From the IMG/VR virus record IMGVR_UViG_3300023174_000042, positions 62,001 to 126,000 of that record: 64,000 nucleotides of DNA; one strand, written 5' to 3'. This document shows positions 1-8,543 of the stretch, in pieces. A program made the position numbers and the translations under genes. Below the pieces are notes generated by a model that was not told the origin of the DNA, made no database searches, and was given only the letters and a program-made list of their open reading frames with translations. Numbering within the stretch: position 1 is the stretch's first letter; every line of letters begins with the position of its first letter.

Positions 1-159
1 TGTGACACAGGTTTTACAAGTTGTATTTACATAAACACAATCGGTTTGGGTCAAATACCATATGTTTTTAACCTTCCATTTATTATGGAAGACATGCATT
101 CATATGTTGTAAAAGTTGTTGATAGTAATAACTGTATGGTAACACAAGAATTTACATAA
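1..159 (+). CDS. 3' end of a small Cys-containing structural/accessory protein (5' truncated by window edge)
   Basis: Frame 1 open from base 1 to TAA at 157-159: CDTGFTSCIYINTIGLGQIPYVFNLPFIMEDMHSYVVKVVDSNNCMVTQEFT; same C-D-x5-C-x-YI...LP...K-x-x-x-D-NxC pattern as ORF 8316-8540. Confidence 0.7.
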   Translation, partial: CDTGFTSCIYINTIGLGQIPYVFNLPFIMEDMHSYVVKVVDSNNCMVTQEFT

Positions 160-160
160 T

Positions 161-1963
161 ATGGCTTGTAGTGGTTTAGGTTTATTTGCGGTGGACACTA
201 GTCCAAATTATTCTTTGTGTTTTTCAGCACGAACAAGTCCCGTTTATGGGACTACATTAGGTTTAGGTAATTATCTTTATATCGATTCTGGATGCACTTT
301 CGCATATTCAACATCTTATTTAAGTGATGGTTCTAATATATATGTGACAAATGGACTTGGAAAAATTACTGAAATTACTGCCTGTGCTTGTAATTTCTTG
401 GGAACTTTCGCATCAGCATCAGACCCAAATTTATCTTGTATTTCTCCTTTGCTTTTTGATCTTTGGGGTCCAGGATTACTTGTTGGAAATGTGGTATACA
501 TTGACTCAGGTTGCACCACCCCTTCCACTAATACTTTTTATTCAGATGGAGTTACAATCTATGAAGTTGATTCATCAGGAACGATATTGTCAATTTCTAC
601 TTGTTCTTGTCCTGGTATTTTTTGTGTTCAAAATGATTCAAATTACGATGATACATATGTATATGCCGGAATGTATGGATCTTATACTTATTATACAGGT
701 CAGACAAACGGATATTCTATCTTTTATTCTACTGGTGAAACAAGATGGTGCTTGGCTCAAAATCTTGGGGATCCTTGTAATCAATTTGGTCCATATGGGA
801 GTGTTTCAACTTGTCCCGATTTAGATGATAGTGTTGTTTATTATGGTTCTTGTATAACAACCACAACGACCACAAATCCGTGTGTGGATTTTAATTTTGA
901 AGCGATTTTTGATTGTTATATTCCACCAACACCAAGTTTTAGTCCGACACCAACACATACACCAACGCCGACACCAACGCCAACAACTTCAAACATTTGT
1001 GGAGGAGTCTCTATGGTAGTTACATCAACCAAAGTTACTCCAACACCAACACCATCTTATTCTCCCACACCTACCCCAACACCTCAAGTTGAGCGTCCTT
1101 GTAATTTTTCGGGTGAAGTTGTGTTTAATACATTTTCCGAAATTATACAATGTGCTAATAGTAAAAAATTCCGTGATTGCTTTACAGGTATTGAATACTT
1201 TACTTCAGATCTCGTATTGGTTTCGGGATCAACGTCACCTAAAGAAAACTACGTTTATAACGCAACTATCAATGGATTAAATTATTGTGTAATTTATGAT
1301 GGTCTATTTGAAAATATCAGTGGTGTTGATAACATTACTTTAACAAATGAAGTAGGTTCTGCTATGGAAGGGTCTTGTTTAGAGTGTGTGCCATCTCCTA
1401 AAGAACCTGTAGCACAATGTTTGGTTATTCATGGAGAATGTGGCACAAGTAATGTAAGTCCAAACGTATTTATAAACGGCAAATTATCTTATATTTGGAG
1501 TTTTAGTTCATATCCTGCGGTATATAGAATATATTGGGATAATTTAAACGTAAGGTGGGTTGCTGAAAATTACGGAACAAACGTTTCTGGATCATATTTG
1601 TATAAGGACACTCAACTTCCGATTGGTTCAAGTATGGAGTGGGTTGATAATCCAAACCATGGTCCTGATGAAACTTGTTTGACTCAAAGCGTTGGATTTT
1701 ATACAACAGTGTTAGATGTTCCTTGTCCTACACCATCAGCAACACCAACACCAACGCCCACACCAAGTCCATGTGTTTCTAGTCAATATAGAATAACAAA
1801 TATTAGTCCTTCAAAAATTACGGCCAAATATTTTGACTGTGTAAAAGGTATGTTGTCAGTTTCAATAAGTCCAAATTCTTCTTTGATATTATGTTCAACA
1901 ACTACACCATCGACAGCAAACCCACAGAACTTACAAATCACAAACTTAGGAACTAGTTGTTAA
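161..1963 (+). CDS. Cys-rich, Pro/Thr-linker virion surface (fibre/adhesin-like) protein, 600 aa
   Basis: Two tandem ~73-aa repeats (LG.F...C...YIDSGCT...SDG..IY...G.I..I..C), a poly-Thr run, three PTPT tracts, many Cys; no catalytic motif. Confidence 0.65.
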   Translation: MACSGLGLFAVDTSPNYSLCFSARTSPVYGTTLGLGNYLYIDSGCTFAYSTSYLSDGSNIYVTNGLGKITEITACACNFLGTFASASDPNLSCISPLLFDLWGPGLLVGNVVYIDSGCTTPSTNTFYSDGVTIYEVDSSGTILSISTCSCPGIFCVQNDSNYDDTYVYAGMYGSYTYYTGQTNGYSIFYSTGETRWCLAQNLGDPCNQFGPYGSVSTCPDLDDSVVYYGSCITTTTTTNPCVDFNFEAIFDCYIPPTPSFSPTPTHTPTPTPTPTTSNICGGVSMVVTSTKVTPTPTPSYSPTPTPTPQVERPCNFSGEVVFNTFSEIIQCANSKKFRDCFTGIEYFTSDLVLVSGSTSPKENYVYNATINGLNYCVIYDGLFENISGVDNITLTNEVGSAMEGSCLECVPSPKEPVAQCLVIHGECGTSNVSPNVFINGKLSYIWSFSSYPAVYRIYWDNLNVRWVAENYGTNVSGSYLYKDTQLPIGSSMEWVDNPNHGPDETCLTQSVGFYTTVLDVPCPTPSATPTPTPTPSPCVSSQYRITNISPSKITAKYFDCVKGMLSVSISPNSSLILCSTTTPSTANPQNLQITNLGTSC

Positions 1964-1993
1964 AAAAAAATATCGGTTAAAAAACCGATATTT
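1962..1993 (-). terminator. Intrinsic terminator between convergent transcription units
   Basis: Perfect stem AAATATCGGTT (1968-1978)/AACCGATATTT (1983-1993) with 4-nt loop; A-run 1962-1970 gives a U-tract on the minus strand. Confidence 0.75.
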
Positions 1994-2018
1994 CAAATTA
2001 AATAATATGTAAAAAAGT

Positions 2019-2624
2019 TTATTCCCAAATTTCTTTATATTTCATAAATCCTAAAACACAGGTGTATGCATCTGTTTGATCAAAATTTTCCTTTTTAAGG
2101 GTGTTGTTTTTTGTATATAACCATTTTATCTGTGGTTCAAGTTTTGCGACTTTTTCCCAAATAACCATTTTTTTATCAACATCCTTTGGCATTCCACCAA
2201 ACAACACAAACTTTTTTTTGTCGTTCTCTTGAACTAACTCGGGAAAAGCATACTTTCGTGAATTGTATGTAGAAATAAATTCAGGAACAATTCCTAAAAT
2301 ATTATATATTTCTTTAAATACAAAACTATTAAAACGTAATAATGTTTGAATTGTATAAACATTGTTGGAATTAAGTAGGGGTTCTTCTATTATTACTCTT
2401 ACAATACCCAAAGTTTTATATTCTTTAAGTTTTTCTCCAAATATTTCAGATTTTAATAAAAGTTCTTTTATTTTATCATCATCACTATCAGTTTTTGGTC
2501 TTGGTGAAACATGTGTTAATTCGAGTAGCTCTTTTGTTTTAATATCAAACAGAGCCCATCCTATTGTTCGAGTGGAAATATCCAATCCTAAGACTTTGGG
2601 AGAATTTTTGAAGTTTTTTGCCAT
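2019..2624 (-). CDS. ruvC: RuvC-like Holliday junction resolvase
   Basis: RNase H-fold motifs VLGLDISTRTIGWA, IIEEP, and C-terminal DQTDA acidic pair; 201 aa. Confidence 0.75.
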   Translation of the reverse strand: MAKNFKNSPKVLGLDISTRTIGWALFDIKTKELLELTHVSPRPKTDSDDDKIKELLLKSEIFGEKLKEYKTLGIVRVIIEEPLLNSNNVYTIQTLLRFNSFVFKEIYNILGIVPEFISTYNSRKYAFPELVQENDKKKFVLFGGMPKDVDKKMVIWEKVAKLEPQIKWLYTKNNTLKKENFDQTDAYTCVLGFMKYKEIWE

Positions 2625-2679
2625 AAAATATTGTTATATTTTAATATTATAGGTTATAAAGTAAAAAATTAAAGTTTTT

Positions 2680-5178
2680 TTAAAAGTCCAACTTAATAAC
2701 ATATTGTTGTATCCCTTGTCTTAACACAGGTGATTGTAATTTTGACATAACAAGAATATCATCATTTTCATCCAAAAGCGCAATTTCTGTTACATAAGAT
2801 TTTGTTCCAAATGTCCATGTTGGGTTTTGAGAAACCAAAAACTCATTTGAAGATAGATTGATTTTATACTTCATTTCGTAGATTGTTGCCTGAATGTCTG
2901 TTTCTAAGTTGCCGTAGAAATAATATTCGTCACCAAAATTAAGGTTTGTTCCTGTGTCTCCTTTTGGAACCAAAGAAATGTAATCATTCAAATTATAATA
3001 AGGTGCTGATGAATAATTTTCTGAAGTAATGGTAAATGTGGTTGCCGTTAGTGATTCTTGTGTGACATAACCATTTACAAAAAATTGACTCGCTTGTTCT
3101 GTAAAATCAATTATTTTCCAGTTATCCGCAATAGGTCTTTGACCAAGAGGAACTTTTTGTGCCAATACCTGAAATTGATTAGCATAAAATCCAGCAGGAA
3201 CAACACAAGTCGGACAAGATGTTGTTGTTGTGGTTGTATATGGATTTGTTGTTGTTGTGGTTGTTGTGTTTGGAAAATAAGTTGTTGTTGTTGTCGTTGG
3301 TGAATATCCAGGTTGTACTAGACAAGGAAAATCTCCTCCAAATCTAACTGCAACATTTTTTGGTGTGCTTGGGCTACAAACATTTTCTGTTCCCACGACA
3401 CTTGTATAATAATTACAATGAAGTGAGTTGGTAAAGAAATATGAATTTGATAATCTATATGTGACCCAAAGAGTTTCACCACCACCAGTTAAAACTCCTG
3501 TTGTATTTGAAGTTCCACAAGTGTTTGGTGTTAATAAAGACACTTGAGGTGCCGGTAACGTCCAATTTCGATTTGACTTGTATGAAAGTGCCGCAACAAT
3601 TTCTTCGTCATCAATAATAATCAATTTAGAGTCTGGATAAACTTTTCCTATTCTACTTGGAAGTCCGTTTGGTTGTGGAAATGTATCCCAAAGATTGTAA
3701 TATCTCAAACCAGGTTTATTCATGTTTGAGGACACGTTTGATTTTGTGTATTGAACTTGAAATAAATTTTTTCCATCAAATCCTGGTGGATCAACATAAA
3801 ATGTTTGACCAAAACAACATTCGGGGTTTTTATGCCACATCAAAGTTGGAATATGTAGTTTGAAGTTTCTTGCCTGCCCTTGTGTGTTTTCAGGATTTTG
3901 ATTATCGTATGGTTGTAACGCAAATTTTTCTCCATAAAAGAAATCAATTGTTTGATTTGTATAATGAATAATAGCAATAGCCTTTTGATCTTGTGGTGTT
4001 ACAACTTGTTTTTCACCAAAAGAGTTATAATAATAAACATCATCAGTCGATGTTTGAGCACTTGTGGTGTAACCAAAATATTCTTTTTGACCTATATAAT
4101 TTATAGACCCGAAATTTGTGTAGTCTTGAAATTGATTTGATATTAAACCCGCAGGACTTTCAGTCCACGGAATATTCATATTCCAAATTTTAACATCAAA
4201 TTGGTCTGTATCACAAACAGATTCAAAATCAATAACACTTTGAGCCCAATGTGGTTCAGGAGTAAAACTATCATACAAAGGAACCATCTGTGGTGGGTAA
4301 ATTAAAGTTCTAGCAACACAATCACTTGCTAAGTTTGTAAAATCGGGCGTTGGTCTATCTAATGTTAACTTATTATTACAAACAGAAATAATTCTATAAG
4401 TCAAAATTGAAAAACAACTTACAACATCTTTCAGACAATCAGGTGGTGGTGGTAAAGGACATTGAGCGCTTGGTGTTGGTGTTAAACAAGGTGTATGTGT
4501 TGGTGAAGGAGTTGGTGTTGGTGACGCACAAGGTTCACTATTTGTCGATGATGGTGTTGGGGTGGGTGTTGGTGTTTGATTTACAGATGCGGTTGGTGTT
4601 GGTGTTGGGAAATTAGAACAAGAACAATCTGTTTTTGCTCTTCCGTCGTAATAAATTGTTATAAAATCCCCTATTTGCGGTGTGTTGTTATTTTGAACAT
4701 TACAATCCAATCTATAAACATTAATTTCATTTGTCCCATTCAAAGTGGACATATTTACAACGTAGTTTGGTGTGACAACATATTGATTATTTACTAAAGC
4801 TTTCCAATCTACAGTTGATGCTGTTGTGTTTCCTGTAAAAAATCCTCTCATTGCCGCCCTATTAAAAACAGATTCTATTTGTGAATCCATAAAAGGAATG
4901 CCATAAATATTTGTTTGTCCTTGATCAACCAAATACGGGTATTTAATATATTGTCTATTTGATTCTGGAACACCTGAACTATTTTGTGAATTAAATTGGG
5001 GTTCTAAAACAACCGTATTAGATTGATTATAAGTTTCGGGTAATTCGTTGTAAGAAATCTCACTATCACCAATAGCAAAATATGCTATGTTGAATCTACC
5101 TTCAGATAGTCTTTGTCTTCCCGTGTCAGTAACTCGGGTATTTACCAAACCTGATGTATTTTTAATTATATATGCCAT
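2680..5178 (-). CDS. Baseplate/tail-fibre attachment protein (tail-collar DUF3751-like ends) with a large Cys/Thr/Pro-rich insertion
   Basis: N-terminal TRVTDTGRQRLSEGRFNIAYFAIGD and C-terminal YVTEIALLDENDDILVMSKL resemble the two halves of tail-collar fibre N-domains; internal PTPT and TTTTTT tracts; located in the tail operon. Confidence 0.55.
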   Translation of the reverse strand: MAYIIKNTSGLVNTRVTDTGRQRLSEGRFNIAYFAIGDSEISYNELPETYNQSNTVVLEPQFNSQNSSGVPESNRQYIKYPYLVDQGQTNIYGIPFMDSQIESVFNRAAMRGFFTGNTTASTVDWKALVNNQYVVTPNYVVNMSTLNGTNEINVYRLDCNVQNNNTPQIGDFITIYYDGRAKTDCSCSNFPTPTPTASVNQTPTPTPTPSSTNSEPCASPTPTPSPTHTPCLTPTPSAQCPLPPPPDCLKDVVSCFSILTYRIISVCNNKLTLDRPTPDFTNLASDCVARTLIYPPQMVPLYDSFTPEPHWAQSVIDFESVCDTDQFDVKIWNMNIPWTESPAGLISNQFQDYTNFGSINYIGQKEYFGYTTSAQTSTDDVYYYNSFGEKQVVTPQDQKAIAIIHYTNQTIDFFYGEKFALQPYDNQNPENTQGQARNFKLHIPTLMWHKNPECCFGQTFYVDPPGFDGKNLFQVQYTKSNVSSNMNKPGLRYYNLWDTFPQPNGLPSRIGKVYPDSKLIIIDDEEIVAALSYKSNRNWTLPAPQVSLLTPNTCGTSNTTGVLTGGGETLWVTYRLSNSYFFTNSLHCNYYTSVVGTENVCSPSTPKNVAVRFGGDFPCLVQPGYSPTTTTTTYFPNTTTTTTTNPYTTTTTTSCPTCVVPAGFYANQFQVLAQKVPLGQRPIADNWKIIDFTEQASQFFVNGYVTQESLTATTFTITSENYSSAPYYNLNDYISLVPKGDTGTNLNFGDEYYFYGNLETDIQATIYEMKYKINLSSNEFLVSQNPTWTFGTKSYVTEIALLDENDDILVMSKLQSPVLRQGIQQYVIKLDF

Positions 5179-5207
5179 TTATATGATAAATATTGATTTT
5201 ATTAATT

Positions 5208-7283
5208 TTATATTATTGGTGGAACAGGATTTAATTTTGGATTATTTAAAATAACTTGACAACAATTACAATTACTAACCACAGGATTTGACATAAAAAG
5301 GTTGTATGATCCTAATGCCTTTTCACAAGACCCAGTTGGATTATTTATAATACTTGATGTTGTTGATCCTGTAATTACTTGTCCGCTACTAAATGTTAGA
5401 GTATTTGAATATGTTTTACTTGTTTGAACAACCGTTATTGGAAAATCAGCGGTGCAAGGACCCGATAATGGAACTGTGCCTGACGTGGTATTTACTAAAG
5501 TCATAGGTGTTGTTCCGTTGATTGTTGTTATATTGTTGTATGTTGGCACAGGACTTAAAGTACTAGGATAATAACTAAAAGTTGATGTCATGATTAGATT
5601 TAATGAAATTGTAACTCCACTAGGAAGAACGGGTGCGGTTATTGAAAAAGTTCCATTATTATAATTTACGTTCAATGCCAAAGTATATGTTGTGGGAAGA
5701 ATATTATTTACTTGAACTGATGTTAATGACCCTACTGTTGTTTGCGAATCTTTTACAAAAACTGAATATATTCCTGGAATTAAATTGTTAAAAATTGGTG
5801 ATGATTGATAGGAACCTCCACCATTAATCGAGTATTGGTATGGCGGAACTCCCCCAACGGCAGATACCGTAATACTTCCTTTTTGTTCGCAAGCAGCGTC
5901 ATTTACTGAAGCACTTACACTTATTGTATAACTTGTCAAACATTCACCTTGAGCCACGGCCATACTAAACACTTCAGGAGATCCTTGAACTTGCCAATTA
6001 CTTAATGGGGGTGATGTTGGGTCATTATTAATTAAACTAACGTAAGGACTTGAATAACCCGTCATTATCCATTGATTAGGTGTTGATCCTGTGTTCCAAT
6101 AAATAACGTATTGTCCTGTTGATGACGACCAACTTGGTTGTCCGTTTACGTCGTTGCTTGGGTCTAATTGAATTTGTTGACTTTGTGTTGCAACTCCTGG
6201 TTTTGGGCTTCTAACAACTAAAGTAACACATAAACTAGTTAAATCCTTTGGTATTGTTGGAATTTGACATGGTCCAACATAAGATTGTAATAAATAATAT
6301 GGTGAGTCAGAAATGTAATCCCAATCTCCAGTGTCTCCTGACGGATAAAATGTTGTTGTCATCAAATCGTTATAGTTTGATATATTTTGACATTCCAAAG
6401 TTTGACAAAAAGACCAATAGTTTAATTCTGAACTCCAAAAAACATATCCAATTGTTTCAACACCGTATTGAATTTTATAATATGGTTTTCCATTTTTTAA
6501 ACCAGAACTTTCACTATAAACATAAAAAGTCGTTTGATTTGAAACTCCACTAACAGCAAAACACATACCAGACAATGTTAATGTGTCCGCTGTTAACACG
6601 CATGTTGTGGTGGCAGTAAAATCACCATAATAATCTGTTACTGTTGCTTTATATTGTCCTACACCTAAATTTGTAAGAGCGGGAGCAAAACTACCTACTT
6701 CCCAAAAAATTGTGTATGGTGGTGTTCCTCCTGTTACAATCAAAGTTGTTGATCCATCAAAACTCTTATCATTTGTTGGCTGTAAAGTTAAACATTCAAT
6801 TGTCATGGGGAAAATAGTAATAACATCACATTCATTTGGTGGTTTTACTGTTGGTATTGTTGGTGGACACTGATTGTTTTGACAAATATCAGTTAATTTA
6901 ATTGGTATTTGAGTTTCTGTGTCAAATTGTGGAAATACTTTACTACAAATATTATATGTTTGCCCTTCTTGAATCGTGTCCACAACTATGGTGTCATTAC
7001 AATCAACATAAGTGACATCTGTTGTCTGAGTTGCCGATCTAATAAAATAACAATAACACTGACAAACACAAGTTGTTCCAGTATTAACATCTATGTTATA
7101 AGTTGGGGAACATTCCATCTCACCCAAACTTAAAACATAAAAACAAGTGTCAGGAGTTTCACCTAAGTCTATAATGTCTATTGAAACAAAAGTTTCTGAA
7201 TAAGCACTTAATCCACTAAAGTTTGAAACAATAGGGTCATAACTTCCGTCACAAGAATATAATATGTAGCAATTTTCAATCAT
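5208..7283 (-). CDS. Cys-rich SprB-repeat virion adhesin-like protein
   Basis: SprB-type units DGSTTLIVTGGTPPYTIFW...LGVGQYKATVTD and KGSITVSAVGGVPPYQYSING...FNNLIPGIYSVFVKD. Confidence 0.65.
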   Translation of the reverse strand: MIENCYILYSCDGSYDPIVSNFSGLSAYSETFVSIDIIDLGETPDTCFYVLSLGEMECSPTYNIDVNTGTTCVCQCYCYFIRSATQTTDVTYVDCNDTIVVDTIQEGQTYNICSKVFPQFDTETQIPIKLTDICQNNQCPPTIPTVKPPNECDVITIFPMTIECLTLQPTNDKSFDGSTTLIVTGGTPPYTIFWEVGSFAPALTNLGVGQYKATVTDYYGDFTATTTCVLTADTLTLSGMCFAVSGVSNQTTFYVYSESSGLKNGKPYYKIQYGVETIGYVFWSSELNYWSFCQTLECQNISNYNDLMTTTFYPSGDTGDWDYISDSPYYLLQSYVGPCQIPTIPKDLTSLCVTLVVRSPKPGVATQSQQIQLDPSNDVNGQPSWSSSTGQYVIYWNTGSTPNQWIMTGYSSPYVSLINNDPTSPPLSNWQVQGSPEVFSMAVAQGECLTSYTISVSASVNDAACEQKGSITVSAVGGVPPYQYSINGGGSYQSSPIFNNLIPGIYSVFVKDSQTTVGSLTSVQVNNILPTTYTLALNVNYNNGTFSITAPVLPSGVTISLNLIMTSTFSYYPSTLSPVPTYNNITTINGTTPMTLVNTTSGTVPLSGPCTADFPITVVQTSKTYSNTLTFSSGQVITGSTTSSIINNPTGSCEKALGSYNLFMSNPVVSNCNCCQVILNNPKLNPVPPII

Positions 7284-7300
7284 CTAATAGTTATAAATAA

Positions 7301-8281
7301 TCAAATTTCGTATTTTTTAATATAAGATTTCATATTCTCAATATATTTAATTGTTGAACTCTTAACATCAACATAGTCAAAGTGATTAGGAGTTTCTTTA
7401 AGTTTTGTTATTGGGTCAATATTAATATAATCCCCTTTATAAAATTTTGTAGTTTTAAGGTTTTCTGTGACTCCTGCCATGTGTAATATTGGTTTAGAAT
7501 TATAAACATCAATTGAGTCTGTTGCCCAAGAAAAATCCAACTCTTTTGTTATTTTTGTCTGATGATTATACAACCACAAATTCCAAAGAACCGACCACAT
7601 TTCGGCTGTCCAAAATTGTATTTCCCCTGGAGATATTGGAAATTTTTTTTGGTATGACATCATTCTATCATAAAGTTTAATAGAATCTTTATAGATCTTA
7701 TCCCACAACTCACAACTTGTGTTTTTTAAAAGGTATTGACCACCACCAGAATTTTCTTGGTTTAACTTTATTGTTTCAACATCAATACCAATAACTTCAG
7801 CCATTTCTTTTATCAATTGGCCTTTTTCTGAAGACGGATAGCGATTTTCATATCTATCACAACAATCCATAATATAATTATATCCAATATATCCAATGGT
7901 ATCAGATAGATAATTTACATCATCATTTAACAACCGATCAAAGCTCGGTAGTTCTCTAAAAATAATATCAGCATCATGTAAAAAAAATAATTCACCAAAT
8001 TTTGCTTTTGATTGAATCCATTTTGAAATTAAATATGGTTTTATTGACGGGATGTAATGTTTTTTTACTCTTTGGTCAACAAAATAATGAATATTTATAT
8101 TTAAGTTTTTTAACTCTTCAGATTCTTTTGATGGTTTTGTTTTTCCTTGGACAAGTCCTAAAACAACGTGAATTTGATTTGGCTTGATCCCTTTTTCAAT
8201 AAAATTATTTACATATAATTTAATTTGCCAAATAAAGTATGGAACGTCAGGTTGTGCAGAAACAAATAAAATTTCTTCCAT
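7301..8281 (-). CDS. GT-A fold glycosyltransferase resembling plant peptidyl-serine galactosyltransferase (GT96)/hydroxyproline arabinosyltransferase (GT95)
   Basis: Ordered motifs YFIWQ, Y-x4-KP-x5-W-x-Q, LHDADIIFR (DxD), GYIG, GGGQYLL, WTAEMWS, PILHMAG. Confidence 0.7.
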   Translation of the reverse strand: MEEILFVSAQPDVPYFIWQIKLYVNNFIEKGIKPNQIHVVLGLVQGKTKPSKESEELKNLNINIHYFVDQRVKKHYIPSIKPYLISKWIQSKAKFGELFFLHDADIIFRELPSFDRLLNDDVNYLSDTIGYIGYNYIMDCCDRYENRYPSSEKGQLIKEMAEVIGIDVETIKLNQENSGGGQYLLKNTSCELWDKIYKDSIKLYDRMMSYQKKFPISPGEIQFWTAEMWSVLWNLWLYNHQTKITKELDFSWATDSIDVYNSKPILHMAGVTENLKTTKFYKGDYINIDPITKLKETPNHFDYVDVKSSTIKYIENMKSYIKKYEI

Positions 8282-8315
8282 ACTTTAATTATATGAAAAA
8301 CTTAAAACAAGTGTA

Positions 8316-8540
8316 TTATGAGGTGCAGTTAATTGTTTCAATTTTTTCACATCCATTATCTTTGATTAATTTTAATCCTATCGCAGGGGCGGTGTTGAAT
8401 TGAATTGGTAGTGTTATTGTTGTTGGTAAACTGCTAATTATTCCAATATAAGAACATTGATTTCCATATACATCACAACAATATCCACTAAATGGGGTTG
8501 TTAAACCTGAAATGCTATTTATTGTTACTTGATTTGCCAT
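8316..8540 (-). CDS. Small Cys-containing beta-rich protein (74 aa), paralog of ORF 1-159
   Basis: CCDVYGNQCSYIG...LP...KLIKDNGC; tightly packed between neighbouring genes. Confidence 0.7.
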   Translation of the reverse strand: MANQVTINSISGLTTPFSGYCCDVYGNQCSYIGIISSLPTTITLPIQFNTAPAIGLKLIKDNGCEKIETINCTS

Positions 8541-8543
8541 AAC

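Noticed and set aside
919-4615. ACACCA/GTT-rich tandem DNA as non-coding repeats or an array
   Set aside because: They are in-frame codons for Pro-Thr and poly-Thr linkers with synonymous variation
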